Below, one piece after another: positions 12,434 through 24,250 of a stretch of DNA of 64,000 bases. The DNA comes from Mustelus asterias (lineage: Eukaryota), in contig NC_135823.1 in the NCBI RefSeq assembly GCF_964213995.1, forward strand, positions 49,600,001-49,664,000. The letters are read 5' to 3'. Position 1 is the first letter of the stretch, and each line of letters begins with the position of its first letter. Under the pieces are notes generated by a model. It was not told the origin of the DNA, made no database searches, and saw only the letters and a list, made by a program, of their open reading frames with translations. Both the position numbers and the translations under genes were made by a program.

Positions 12434-12754
12434 TGAATTCCTACAGTGCAGAAAGAGGCCATTTGGCCCATCGAGTCTGTACTGGCTACAATCCCACCCA
12501 GGCCCTATCCCCATAACCACATGCATTTACCATAGCTAGTTCCCCTGACACTAAGGGGCAATTTAACATGGCCAATCCACCTAATGCACACATCTTTAGA
12601 CTGTGGGAGGAAACCAGAGTATCCGGAGGAAACCCACGCAGACACGGGGAGAATGTGCAAACTCCACACAGACAGTGACCCAAGGCCAGAATCCAACCCA
12701 GGTCCCTGGCACTGTGAGGCAGCAGTGCTAACCACTGTGCCACTGTGCCACCCA
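12434..12754 (-). mobile_element. HE1-type V-SINE
   Basis: Same consensus as 7434-7770. Confidence 0.88.
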
Positions 12755-12929
12755 TGAACTAAACACGCCCATTAACTAAAGAAAATAATTTCAAGGTACT
12801 TTGCATTTATGCAAAAGAAAAACCAAAATAAAGTGTAAGAATCAGGTGATAGATAAGGAAATGTGATGCCAAATAGGGAAATGGAATGTGATGTCACTGC
12901 CATGGCCAACATTCATTATTGTGCTTGTG

Positions 12930-13670
12930 ATGGTGGTGTTGAGCCAACTTCTGAACCACTGCAGTCCATGAGGTGTAGGTACATCCACAGTGATGTTAGG
13001 AGGGGGGGGGGTAGTTCCAGGCTTTTGACCCAGCAACAGTGACATATTTCCAAGTCAGGATGGTGTGTGACTTGGACGAGAACTTGAAGTTGGTGGCGTT
13101 CCCATGCATCTGCTGCCCTTGTCTTTCTAGGTGGTAGTGGTTGGGGTTTGGAAGATGCTGTTGAGGGAGCCTTGGTGAGTTGCTGCAGTGCATCTTGTCG
13201 ATGGTACACACTGCTGCCATCACTGTGCCAATGCTGTGCCAGAAGTGAATGTTTAAGGTGGCGAATGGGGTACTGATCAAGCGGGCTGCTTTGTCTTGGA
13301 AGGTATTGAATTTCATGAGTGTTGTTGGAGCTAGAATTATCCGGGCAAGTGGAGAGTGTCCCATCACACTCCTTGTTTGTCAGGAATGTGACGCTTTGGG
13401 AAATCAGGGGAGGATTCTCTTGTGACAGAATTTCTAATCTCTGACTTGTTCATGTAGCCACAGTGTTTGTATGGCTGGTCCAGTTCAGTTTCTCGTCAAT
13501 AGTAACCCCCAGCATGTTGATGGTGGGGAATTTAATGATGTTCATACCATTGAATTTCATTGAGAGTTGCTTGGACTCTCTATTGTTGGAGATGGTTCTT
13601 GTGTAATGCAAATATTATTTGTCACTTATCAGTCAAAGCTTGAATATTATCCAGGTCTTGCTGCACTTAC
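12930..13670 (-). mobile_element. Degenerate non-LTR (CR1/L2-group) LINE 3' fragment
   Basis: FNTFQDKAARLI motif shared with copies at about 11600-11905, 20420-20980 and 49130-49400. Confidence 0.65.
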
Positions 13671-15769
13671 CTGAATGGAACTGACATTATTAGCTTCATA
13701 TGTCAGTCTTGGTTTTGCTCTCATCCCTCTGTCAGAAGTCTGTGGGTTCCACCTCTGTATCTTGAGCATATAATCCACACTCCCATTCCCAGTGCATGCT
13801 CAGGGAGTGCTGCGCAGTCGGAAATACTGACCAAAAGTCTCTATCCTCATTCGCGGTTGGGATTTTGCAGTGCCGCTGAAAGTGAATGGAGTTTTGGTTG
13901 AAGTGCCACATTTTCCATTCTCACTCACAATGGGGTCTGCCATGGACAAGAGCGGAGAATCCCACCCACTGTCCCACAGACATTAAACTGAGGCCCCTTC
14001 TGCTCTCTCAGGTAAATGTAAAAGATCCCACGGCACTGTCATTTAAAGGAGAGCAGGTGTCCTGGTCAATATTTACCCTTTAACCAATGCTACTAAACCA
14101 ACGATCTGGTCATTATCACATTGCTGTTTGTGAGTGCTTGCTGTGTGCAACCTGACAGCTGCATTTCCCACATGACAACTATTTAAAAATAGTTACTACA
14201 CTCCAAAAGTATTAATTGGCAGCAAAGCGCTTTGGATACCCTGAGGTCATGAAAGGTGTTAAAGAAATGTGAGTTCCCTTTTTATAGTCACAAGTTTTTG
14301 TATACAAGATGGAGACAAGAGGGATGAATATTTCAAAGTTATTAATCTGGTTATGGAGTGGCACTATTGTCAAAGAATGACAGCACAGTTATCAGGAGAA
14401 TTGACATGGAGCAGAATATGAGGAAGCATTGAGGGTGGAAGTGACTCACAATAAAGGTGATGCAAAAGAAACAAAGAGGTAGCAAGCTGTGAGGTTGTGA
14501 CAATTATAGTTATTATCAGGTAATTGTGGAAGACTTCAGGTAAATCGCTGTAGAGGTAGTCTGAACATTTTAGATTGTCACCCTAATGATTTGAAAGCAT
14601 CTTGTTTGGGATTATTGTTGATTTCACGTCACAAGAAATGTATTGTGCAAACTGGGCTAACTCTGCTCTAACGTTTATTATAAACATTTTCATCAGTCTT
14701 TAAAGGCTGTAGTTTATAAGGCAGAAAGTGACCACTATATTGATGGAGAGACCCATGGTGTTAGAATTTGTCTGGGTCCTATCGTTAATCACATCTTGAT
14801 GTTATCAGAATTTGAATTTGTGTTAATATCAGTTATTAGTCAGAACAATGGAAGTAGAAACTGTCGCAGACATGTTGGTTACACCCTAACATCAGATGCA
14901 AATATTGGGTATTGCCCTTGAACTCAGATCAACTTACGCTGTGGACAAAGACACTCAAACTCTTGAATTATTGTACAACAAACCTCCTTGCATTTACACA
15001 ACACCCTCAAGTTTGAGCCATGAGGAATTATTTAACAACGTGTAAGACTTCCTAATGAACTTCAAATTGACTATGACACAAACCTAAGCCTTTGGAAAAT
15101 TATTAGTCGAATTAAAGTTTCTATAATCTCCATCCAATTTAAACAGATGTTTTTAACCCTTAAATAATTACTGACTATACATGCATTCATTTAGCGTTAT
15201 TTAAAACATCTTTTTCTTCTCCACTACAAAGGCTTAGTTTAATAACTGGATTTGCAGTAATATACAGGGAGAATAAAGCTTAATTGTATATAATTAACAC
15301 ATGCTTTTAGAAGTCTGCATTATTCTTAGGGATGTTATATATTTGGAAGTTATGTTAATTAGAGTCGTTAAAATATTTAGCACATTATACTGAGCTACTT
15401 ATCCTTCACTCACCACGTATGTAAACCTTCATGAAAACCTGTCCTCATTGCTCTCCTGAGGAAATAAAATACATTGAAGCAATTTGTGGATTTTGCAAAT
15501 TGCAATTTGCAAATTGTCAAGGCAATGTTCACATAAAAACATCAAATTTATTTTTAAATATTCATTTTCTAAAACTTCATTTAAAAATGTAACTTCACAT
15601 ATTAATGAATAACATTGCATGTTGACTTTATTTAACATTTTCTGAAGGCCTACAAACTAATAAATGAACCAGTCTCCCTATCTGTTCCACTGCACATTTC
15701 TGATTTAAGTGTTCCATTTGTACAATTCTACTGCCTTAATGCCATGCCACATATTCACTTCTTCATTAT

Positions 15770-16230
15770 TCACAGGATGCTGCCTGGGATGGAACATTTA
15801 AGTTCTGAAGAGAGGTTGCTTAAGCTTGGTTTGTTTTCGCTCGAGCAGAGAAGACTGAGGGGGCGACCTGATCGAGGTGTACAAGATTATGAGAGATATG
15901 GACAGAGTGGACAAGAAGCAGCTGTCCCTCTTAGCTGAAAGGTCAGTCATGAGGGTACATAGGTTCAAGGTGAGGGGCAGGAGGTTTAGGAAACTTTTCT
16001 GAACCAAAGGGTGATGACAGTCTGGAATGTGCTGCCTGGAAGGGTAGTAAAGACAGGATGCCTCACATCTTTTAAAACGTATCTGGATGAGCACTTGGCA
16101 CATCATAACATTCAGGGCTATGGGCCAAGTGCTGGCAGATGGGATTAGGTGGGAGTTCAGGTGTTTCTAATGTGTCGGTGTGGACTCAATGGGCCGAAGG
16201 GCCTCTTCTGCGTTGTATGATTCTATGATT
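15770..16230 (+). mobile_element. CR1-type LINE 3' end
   Basis: RMLPGMEHLSSEERLLKLGLFSLEQRRLRG; gattctatg tail. Confidence 0.8.
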
Positions 16231-17589
16231 ATTGGCAAGTTGGAAATGTCACCCGCAATTGTTAAGGATTTTGAGCCACAGAGAGGAAACAGCTCAGGCA
16301 CAGTCTGGTGTGAGGAAATGCAAACAGAAAGAACTTTTAAACTGTGCTGTTTTCATTACAGCAGAGGTAACTGTGAAATGTTGAGAGAGGTATTTAACAT
16401 TATAAAGTGACGAGATGGATTAGATAGCAACCTTTCCCAGTGATTAGGGGTCTAGAATGGGGGAACGTCAGTGTCAGATTAAATATAAGAGATGAGGACA
16501 GAGACCAAGAGAAACATTTTCGCACAGAATATTGACAGTATGGAATAATAACAAAAATTGCATTTATAAAGCACCTTTAAGACAGTAAAATGCCCTAAAC
16601 TAAATTTGGTCACATCAATAGTAATTTTGTAACGACGCACACTACAGACTTCAACAGGAGCACAAGGGTATTTATTAACAAGGAAAGTCCTTTGCAGAGG
16701 GTCGCAGCCTCACTGGCCACCCAGGTTACAACCCACAGAGCCATCATTACAGAGATGCTTGCGATGCTCTATCTACTACATGCCTTCTGCCTAAGAGAGA
16801 GCTCCAGACCCTGGGGTGATTATCCACTCTCATCCTAATTGGTCCGCTGAAGAAGGGACTGATGAGGCTAAGAGTTACCACAAACCGGACAATGTTTTTT
16901 GTACTCAATGTATTTTGTACCTAAAGGGTTAATGGATTTTGTACCTAGAATGTATCACCAACATAACCCTTCATTGTGGCTAATCTCCCCAGGTTTATAC
17001 TGCTCCTGGCATCAATATAAGTTATTTATTCATTTATTCATAGTATGTATTGTACCTACTTTGGTTTTGATTTGGCGCCAGTTATTTTCCTCAAGTGCGG
17101 GGTTTTGATCTGGAGCTTCGTTTAAAATTGGAAACGGCTTGGATTAAAGGGGTTTGGATATTACGGTTTTGATGTATAAAGTGGTATGATACAACTGCCG
17201 CTTGATTATTTTTATTATACAGTATGGCACTGCCATATAGACCCCAGAATAAAATCAAATCCTGAAAAGCCTTCACCAATTTTGTATAATATAGTTATAT
17301 ATTATATGTTGTGTATGGATAAAACATAATTTTGTCGGAGCTTCCTGTTTTCCTCGCCATACAAATGATCAAATTAGATATAATGTAAGAGTACATCATA
17401 TAAAGATTGGAGCTGTATGGCATGTGTTTTTCATGGGGAAAGCGATGTCTTTTGATGGGATTACATACAAATGAATGGATGTCTAGCTGCAGCCGAAAAG
17501 CCAGTGCAAAGTGTTATTTGATTCACACTAAGCTTTCAATGGAAGGGGGAATGTGTAGTTAACTGTATAATGTACTAGCTAAAGACATA

Positions 17590-17920
17590 CAGACATCGGG
17601 ACAATGTGGACAGAGATATTGCCCACTATACTGATGAGGCTAAGAGTTACCACAAACCGGACAACCGGATTAACCCCTTATGAATTAATGACAGGACGGG
17701 CGATGATGTAGGTTCACTAAAAGATGAAGGAGATATGTTTTGGAACTAAGCACCCAACTAAAAGGGATGTGCAAATTGGTAAAAGACAATCAGGAACAAA
17801 GAGACATGGAGAGAGAGCTTGAAATGCTCCCTGACGGGCGGGAAGTTGTGTCCTAGTAAAAGCACTACCTGACAAACCTGGGTTCGCCCCTAAATGGAAG
17901 GGCCCCTATGAGGTTAAAAA
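17590..17920 (+). pseudogene. ERV integrase C-terminal remnant
   Basis: WTEILPTILMRLRVTTNRTTGLTPYELMTGRAM and APKWKGPYEV (GPY/F motif), with deletions and frameshifts. Confidence 0.8.
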
Positions 17921-18062
17921 TTGTGTAGTGTGCTTAATTCACAGATATGTGAGACGGTTGACCTCCAAGCAAGCTGAATGGGTGCGCGGGAAGTTGTGTG
18001 CGGGCGGTATAGCCTTTGGTCCATTGTATAACGGTCGCGCGGGTTATTAGTTAAGTGATGGG

Positions 18063-19571
18063 ATGATTTTCTTGCTGCTTCTCACGACCCTTGCCCTGCT
18101 AGTTACAGAGGGGAAGTAGAGATGGAATTGTGTAGACTTGGGGATAGAGCATCGCAAGCATCTCTGTAATTATGGCTCTGTGTGTTGTAACCTTCCAACA
18201 CATGGAATAGGTCCCTGGGAGGTAACCCGTAGGGACCGCTGCTCGGGATTCCTTAACCGTACCATGTTGCCAACTCTGTTGGAGGGGCGAGGTGATTGGG
18301 GTCTCCCATGCAATGTAACGTGGTGTAACTGGAATTTTCGGTGTTTAGCTGAGGGATCGGGATGGACCTGTACCCGGCAACAGCAGAGGGCTCGGGAGGA
18401 TGAGTACATCAACATGAGATTTGGCCGATCCATGCGATCATTGTACCAATCCTCTAAAATCAGGCCCCATCACGTGAACACTTTCATGTATATGTCTCAC
18501 TTGTGTGCATTACAGTCAAATTTAAGCAAGTGCTGGGTCTGCTTACATATTCCCATGCACGGAGGAAAGGGGGGGAAAGTCCTTCATTCCCTATCCCTTT
18601 GTCAACTCCGGGAATGGTAGAGTGGATTTTGAATCAGAATGGAACCCAAGACGGGGACAAGGAAAATGACATTTAAAACCCCATCAGGCATGTTGTGAAA
18701 AACCAACAAGGGGGATCTATCTGCTTGGTAAGAAACGGAACCATACTTGTTAGCCGTAGCTACTGTACCCAGCAGGTTAATATTACCAGTAGTGCCTGGG
18801 CTTTGGTGCAACAGATTACAATCCATTGCTGATGTCCTGGTCAGCCTCTCCTCTACTTATATGAGCAGCATGACTGCATATAACGGTACCTGTTGTATCT
18901 GTGGAAACAATGCCTACACATGGCTTCCCTGGGATTGGGTAGGATCGTGTTATTTAGTATATGTGGTACCCTATATTCACCATTAGTGAGACAGAACGGT
19001 TCTTCATGATAGCCTTCCCACTTTATGGGACGGCAAAAGCAGCTCAGGAACTTATACATATGGCCTCGACCTTAGAGAGAATTGCAAATGAAACTAGAGA
19101 CGGGTTTGAGGAGGTGAGCACTGCCATCTCTGAAGTATCAGCCGAGGTTGTAGCTATCCGGACTGTTGCTTTGCAGAACCGATTGACACTTGATTATGTG
19201 TTGGCTTTCCAGGGAGGAACGTGTGCTCCGAATGCTGCACATATATCCCAGATGATTCAGAAAATATAACTCATTTGGCAGATCATATCAAACGAGTAGC
19301 GAAGACAATCCAAGATGAAGGGAGCCAATATCATAATTATAACCCTCCGGGATGGCTGGGGCAATGGTTCGGGTCATGGGGATCATATCTGATGCATGGG
19401 TTGATTGTATTAATTGTCATTGTTATTGCTTGTCGTATTTGTATTACATTATTGAACACTTATTGTAATACAGTAACAGCCCGAATTATGCTGAGTGCAA
19501 GTGTACAGGCAGAAGGAGCAGACTTCCTGACGAAGGAGGTAGGCCCATATACTGGTAACATTTGGCTCTGA
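18063..19571 (+). pseudogene. ERV env remnant (SU with CWVC; TM with ISD and CX6CC-type motif)
   Basis: Signal-like MIFLLLLTTLALLV; SNLSKCWVC; ICGNNAYTWLPWDWVGSCYL; VALQNRLTLDYVLAFQGGTC..ECCTYIPD; hydrophobic anchor LIVLIVIVI; several stops and frameshifts. Confidence 0.9.
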
Positions 19572-19621
19572 ATTGGTCATGGGGCCATGCTTGGACCTGG
19601 CCCCAACCAAAAGGGGGGAAT

Positions 19622-20321
19622 TGAGAAGGGAAAGGGTTAATGTTTTTTGTACTCAATGTATTTTGTACCTAAAGGGTTAATGGATTTTGTACCTAGAATG
19701 TACCACCAACATAACCCTTCATTGTGGCTAATCTCCCCAGGTTTATGCTGCTCTTGGCATCAATATAAATTATTTATTCATGGTTTCATTCTTTAACTTT
19801 TATTCTTATGAAGGCAGACAGTCAAATGTAAATGTTGTTTACCTTTTCTACAAGCTTGTGTGTGATTTGAACAAAGAAAGCAGCTACAAGATGTGGAGTG
19901 CGATAACGGCCGTTTGACAGGAAGACTCCCCGCTGGGACCACCGCGGGCCACACAGTCGCTTCAAAGGAAAAGCCGCGGGAAGAGCAGGGAACGTAAGAC
20001 TGCATCGTGACTACAGCTGCCAGAAGACTTGAGCTTCGTGACCTGAGAATGCCAGATACACTCTGGTTTATGGTCAGAGGCTGCCAGATGCACCGTGCTT
20101 CATGATCAAGGACTGTTATATGGACTTTAATTCATGACCAGACCAATGTTTGCGTTGTGACTGGTGCTGGGAGCCATAATATATAAATATTCACACTTCT
20201 TGTGTTCAGTGAGAGATCTGGTGAACCGCTGTTAAGGTGCCAGGTCTCTCCCAAAAGCGTTTGAGAATAAAGCTCACTGTACTTTGACTTACTATCTCAG
20301 AGGTATTATTTACCTACAACA
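19622..20321 (+). mobile_element. ERV 3' LTR (700 bp)
   Basis: TG...CA ends directly after the PPT; TATAAA at 20182-20187; AATAAA at 20266-20271. Confidence 0.82.
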
Positions 20322-21796
20322 TCCCCCAAGCCAGGTGACCCTCTTCTGCTGTGTTGTCCTTAAAAGGTCAGTCACCACAAACATTCAAAGGAAAATGAGA
20401 TACTTTTAAAATTCTTTCTCAGGATGAGGCCTTTGCTGGGTAGGCCAGTATTATTACCCATCCATAATTGTCCTTAAGAAGATGGTGGTGAGTTGTGTTC
20501 TTAAACCACTGCAATCCATGTGCTGTAGGTTCACCCACAGTGCTGTGAGGGAGGGAATTCCAGGATTTTAACCAATGACAGTGAAAAACAGCGAGCTAGT
20601 TCCAAGTCAAGGTGGCGTGTGGCTTGGCGGGAAACTTCCAGGTGATGGTGTTCCTGTGCATCTGCTGCCCTTGTCCTTCTAGGTAGTAGAGGTTGTGGAT
20701 TTGAAAGCTGCTATCGAAGGAACCTTGTGAGTTGCTGCAGTTGGCGGATGTTTACTTTGCTTATGTTTGCTTATTTATTAGTGTCACAAATAGGCTTGCA
20801 TTAACACTGCAATGAAGGGATTTGTGAAAATCCCCTGGGGTGCCAATCAAGTGGGCTGCTTTGTCCTAGATAGTGTTGAGCTTCTTGAGTACTATTGGAG
20901 CTGCGCTCATCCAGGCAAATGGAATGTACTCTATCACATTCCTGACCTTGTAAATGGTGGAGACTTTGGAGAGTCAGGAGATGAAAAAGGCAAAAAATTG
21001 CTGGAGATCTGGGAAAAAAGCAGGGAGAGGTGGAACTGATTTAATAGCTCTTTCAAAGAGCTAGTACAGAAATGAATGGCCTCCTTCTATGCCCTTGGCC
21101 CCTTTTTCAAACTACCATTCAGTGATATCATCCAAAAACGTAATGCCAATTTCCATGTGTACACTGTCGACTCCCAGTTCAATCTCATCACCACCTCCCT
21201 TGACTCCTCCACTGTTGCTAAATTAACAGCTTGCTTATCCAACATCCAATAAAGAATGGAAAGAAATGTCCTCCAACTAAACATTGGGAAGACTGGAGCC
21301 ATTTGTCTTCAGTCCCTGCTACAAACTCCACCCACTAATTATCAACTGCGTCCCTCTCCTGACAACTGTCTGAGGCTAAACTAGACTGTTTGACACTTTG
21401 GTTGGAATTTTACCGCCCTGCCCGCCACAGGAATCGGAGCGGGCGAGGGGCGGACAATGGAAAGGTCCATCGATCTTGAGCAGGATTTTACGGTTTTGGG
21501 ACGAGTGAGGTTGTAAGATCCCACCCTTTGACCCTGAGCTGAGCTTCTGACCACACATCTACACTGCCATCAAAACCGTCTATTTCCTCCTGCATAGCAT
21601 TTCCTCTTTCCAAGCTCATTTGCTACTGAATCCCTCATCCATAGCTTTACTAACTCTAGACTTGACTATTCTAATGCACAGCTGGCCAACTTCCCACATT
21701 CTACCTCTGTAAACTTGAGGTCATCTAAAACTCTGCTGGCCATGTCCAAACTCACATCAAGTATCACTCATCCATTACTTACCTCTATGTGCCATG

Positions 21797-22118
21797 GGTG
21801 GCACGGTGGCACAGTGGTTAGCACTGCTGCTTCACAGCGCCAGGGACCTGGGTTCGATTCCCGGCTTGGGTCACTGTCTGTGTGGAGTTTGCACGTTCTC
21901 CCCATGTCTGCGTGGATTTCCTCTGGGTGCTCTGGTTTCCTCCCACAGTCCAAAGATGTGTGGGTTAGGTTGATTGGCCATGCTTAATTACTCCTTAATG
22001 TCAGAGGAATTAGCAGGGTAAATACATGGGGTTACGGGGATAGGGCCTGGGTGGGATTGTTGTTGGTGCAGGCTTGATGAGTCAAATGGTCTCCTTCTGC
22101 ACTGTAGGGATTCTATGT
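21797..22118 (+). mobile_element. HE1-type V-SINE
   Basis: Same consensus. Confidence 0.88.
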
Positions 22119-22816
22119 TTGTTGATCAACAGACCTGAGGATTGGGAGCAGTTTAGAATTCAGCAAAGGAGGACCAAGGGATTGATTAAGAAGGGGAAAA
22201 TAGAGTACGAGAGTAAGCTTGTGGGGAACAAATAAACTGATTGTAAAAGTTTTTATAGGTATGTGAGGAGAAAAAGATTGGTGAAGGCAAATATAGGTCC
22301 CTTACAGTTAGAAACAGGGGAATTCATAATGGGGAACAAAGAAATGGTTGATCAACTAAATATGTACTTTGGCTCTGTCTTCACAAAGAAGGACACAGTA
22401 AGGTACTGGAAATGTTATTGTCACATGTATTGGGATACAGTGAAAAGTATTGTTTCTTGCGCACAATACACTCGAGACCATTCATAGAGTACATAGGAGA
22501 GCAGGAAAGAAGGTGCAGAATATAGTGTAACAGACATAGCTAGGATGTAGAGAAAGATCAACTTAATATATGATATATCCATATGGTATGGCCTGGAATG
22601 TACTGACAAGTGAGGTGGTTGAGGCAGACATGTTAGCAACATTTGAGACTTATCTGGGTAGACACATGAACAGGCGGGGAATAGAGGGATACAGGCAGTT
22701 GGTCGAGATAGGACAATGTGATTGGCGCAGGCTTGGTGGGCCGAAGGGCCTGTTCCTGTGCCTGTCCTTTGTTAAAAGTCTGATGGCAGCAGGGAAGAAG
22801 CTGTTCTTGAGTTGTT

Positions 22817-23176
22817 TTTTTTTATTCATCTGTGGGACCTGGATGTCATTGGCCGGCCAGCATTTATTGCCCATCCCTAGTTGCCTGAGGGCAGTTGAGA
22901 GTCAGCCACATTGCTGTGGCTCTGGAGTTACATGTAGGCCAGACCAGGTAAGGACGGCAGATTTCCCTTCCCTGAAGGACATTAGTGAAACGGAGGGGTT
23001 TTCCTGACAGTTGACAATGGTTTCACGGTCATCAGTAGATTCTTAATTCCAGATTTTTTTGTATTGAATTCAGTTCTACCATCTGCCTTGGTGGGATTCG
23101 AACCAGGGTCCCCAGAACATTATCTGAGTTTCTGGATTAATGGTCTGGTGATAATACCACGAGGGCATCGCCTCCA
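22817..23176 (-). mobile_element. Second tRNA-derived SINE family
   Basis: Minus-strand head ggaggcgatgccctcgtggtattatc...ggttcgaatccc; copies at about 8055-8420, 42310-42640 and 50080-50650. Confidence 0.7.
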
Positions 23177-23659
23177 TCACGTTGGTACGTGACCTCAGAC
23201 TTTTGTATCTTTTTCCGACGGAAGAAGGTGGAAGAGAGTATGTCCAGGGTGTCCTTGATTATGCTGGCTGCTTTTCCAAGGCAGTGGGAAGTGTAAACGG
23301 AGTCGATGGATAGGAGGCTGGTTTGCGTGATGGACTGGGCTGTTTATCGGCCTTCAATCTCATCAGTTTCTCCAACACCATTTCACTACTAATACTGATT
23401 TCCTCCAGTTCCTCCCTCTCACTAAACCCGGTGTTTCCCAACATTTCTGCACCCTCTCCTTTCCTTCCCTCCTTTGTACTCTATGAACGGTCTTGACTGT
23501 ATTGTGCGCAAGAAACAATACTTCTCACTGTATCCCAATACATGTGACAATAATAAATCAAATACTGTATAAAGCTCTATAAAAGATGGACATTGGGTTG
23601 CTCCTTAGCCCCTGTGCTGTTAGATTCAATGGTTCCAGGGTTTTTTTGATGCATAAAAT

Positions 23660-24250
23660 TGTATGTGGAAGTGGGTGGAGCTAAACTGGCGGAAATAAGA
23701 GCTGGCGGCTGGTTTCCGTTTCCGAGCAGAGCTCTAGTGAAGGAGTAGGTAGCTCAGCCAGGTAGGTACTGCAGCCTGGGTGATTGACAGCTCGCCTCCG
23801 GGGACTCACATTCACTCACTCACCCACAGACAGAGCGGGGCTCCGGGCGCTTACACTCACCCACAGACAGAGCGGGGCTCAAGGCGCTTACATTCATGCT
23901 GTAAATTAATAGGTGCAACAGCCCAGCTGGTGTCTTATTGCAAAAAAAATGGGTCAAATAACATTTGAAAGCCGCCCCACTAGGCAATGGCGAGGGGAGA
24001 TTTTAGAGAGAGGGAGACGGGGTAATTTTGGGCTGTTCTCTAGTCGTTTCAAGGTGCACACGGTCAGGTACTTCTTACTTGTTGCATTGAGTCGATGATC
24101 CCACCATCACTTTCCCCAGTTAATGCTGTGTTTGTGCGCCTGTCTAATTGTCCATTACTTAAACTCGGCGTGTTAGTAACAGCGCGCAGTTGTGTATATA
24201 TATGCGGTACACCATGTATTGTAACCATTAGTGCGTGTGTAGTGAGGCAA
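23660..24250 (+). promoter_or_regulatory. Probable promoter / non-coding first exon(s) of the KLHL-family gene
   Basis: Local CpG enrichment, ETS-like GGCGGAAAT and TTTCCGTTTCCG, strong donor-like sites cag/gtaggt at 23761 and cag/gtactt near 24068; short 37-bp duplicated unit at about 23813-23893. Confidence 0.55.

Larger units (their letters stand above)
16848..20321 (+). mobile_element. Internally deleted class I (gamma/epsilon-like) endogenous retrovirus
   Basis: 5' LTR remnant 16848-17033 matches the start of the 3' LTR; integrase remnant; env remnant; polypurine tract aaaaggggggaa at 19609-19620; probable TSD tccgc/tcccc. Confidence 0.88.
16628..20379 (-). mobile_element. Older solo-LTR-like repeat (16628-16847 plus 20322-20379) interrupted by the ERV
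   Basis: TGTAACGAC...GTCACCACA imperfect inverted termini; minus-strand AATAAA near 16670; no clean TSD. Confidence 0.45.

Noticed and set aside
16859-16892. CTGATGAG resembling a hammerhead core (also at 17631)
   Set aside because: No stem II or GAAA follows; it is integrase coding sequence (LMRLRVTT)
21797-21870. tRNA-like A/B-box sequences
   Set aside because: SINE heads continuing into the V-domain, not tRNA genes
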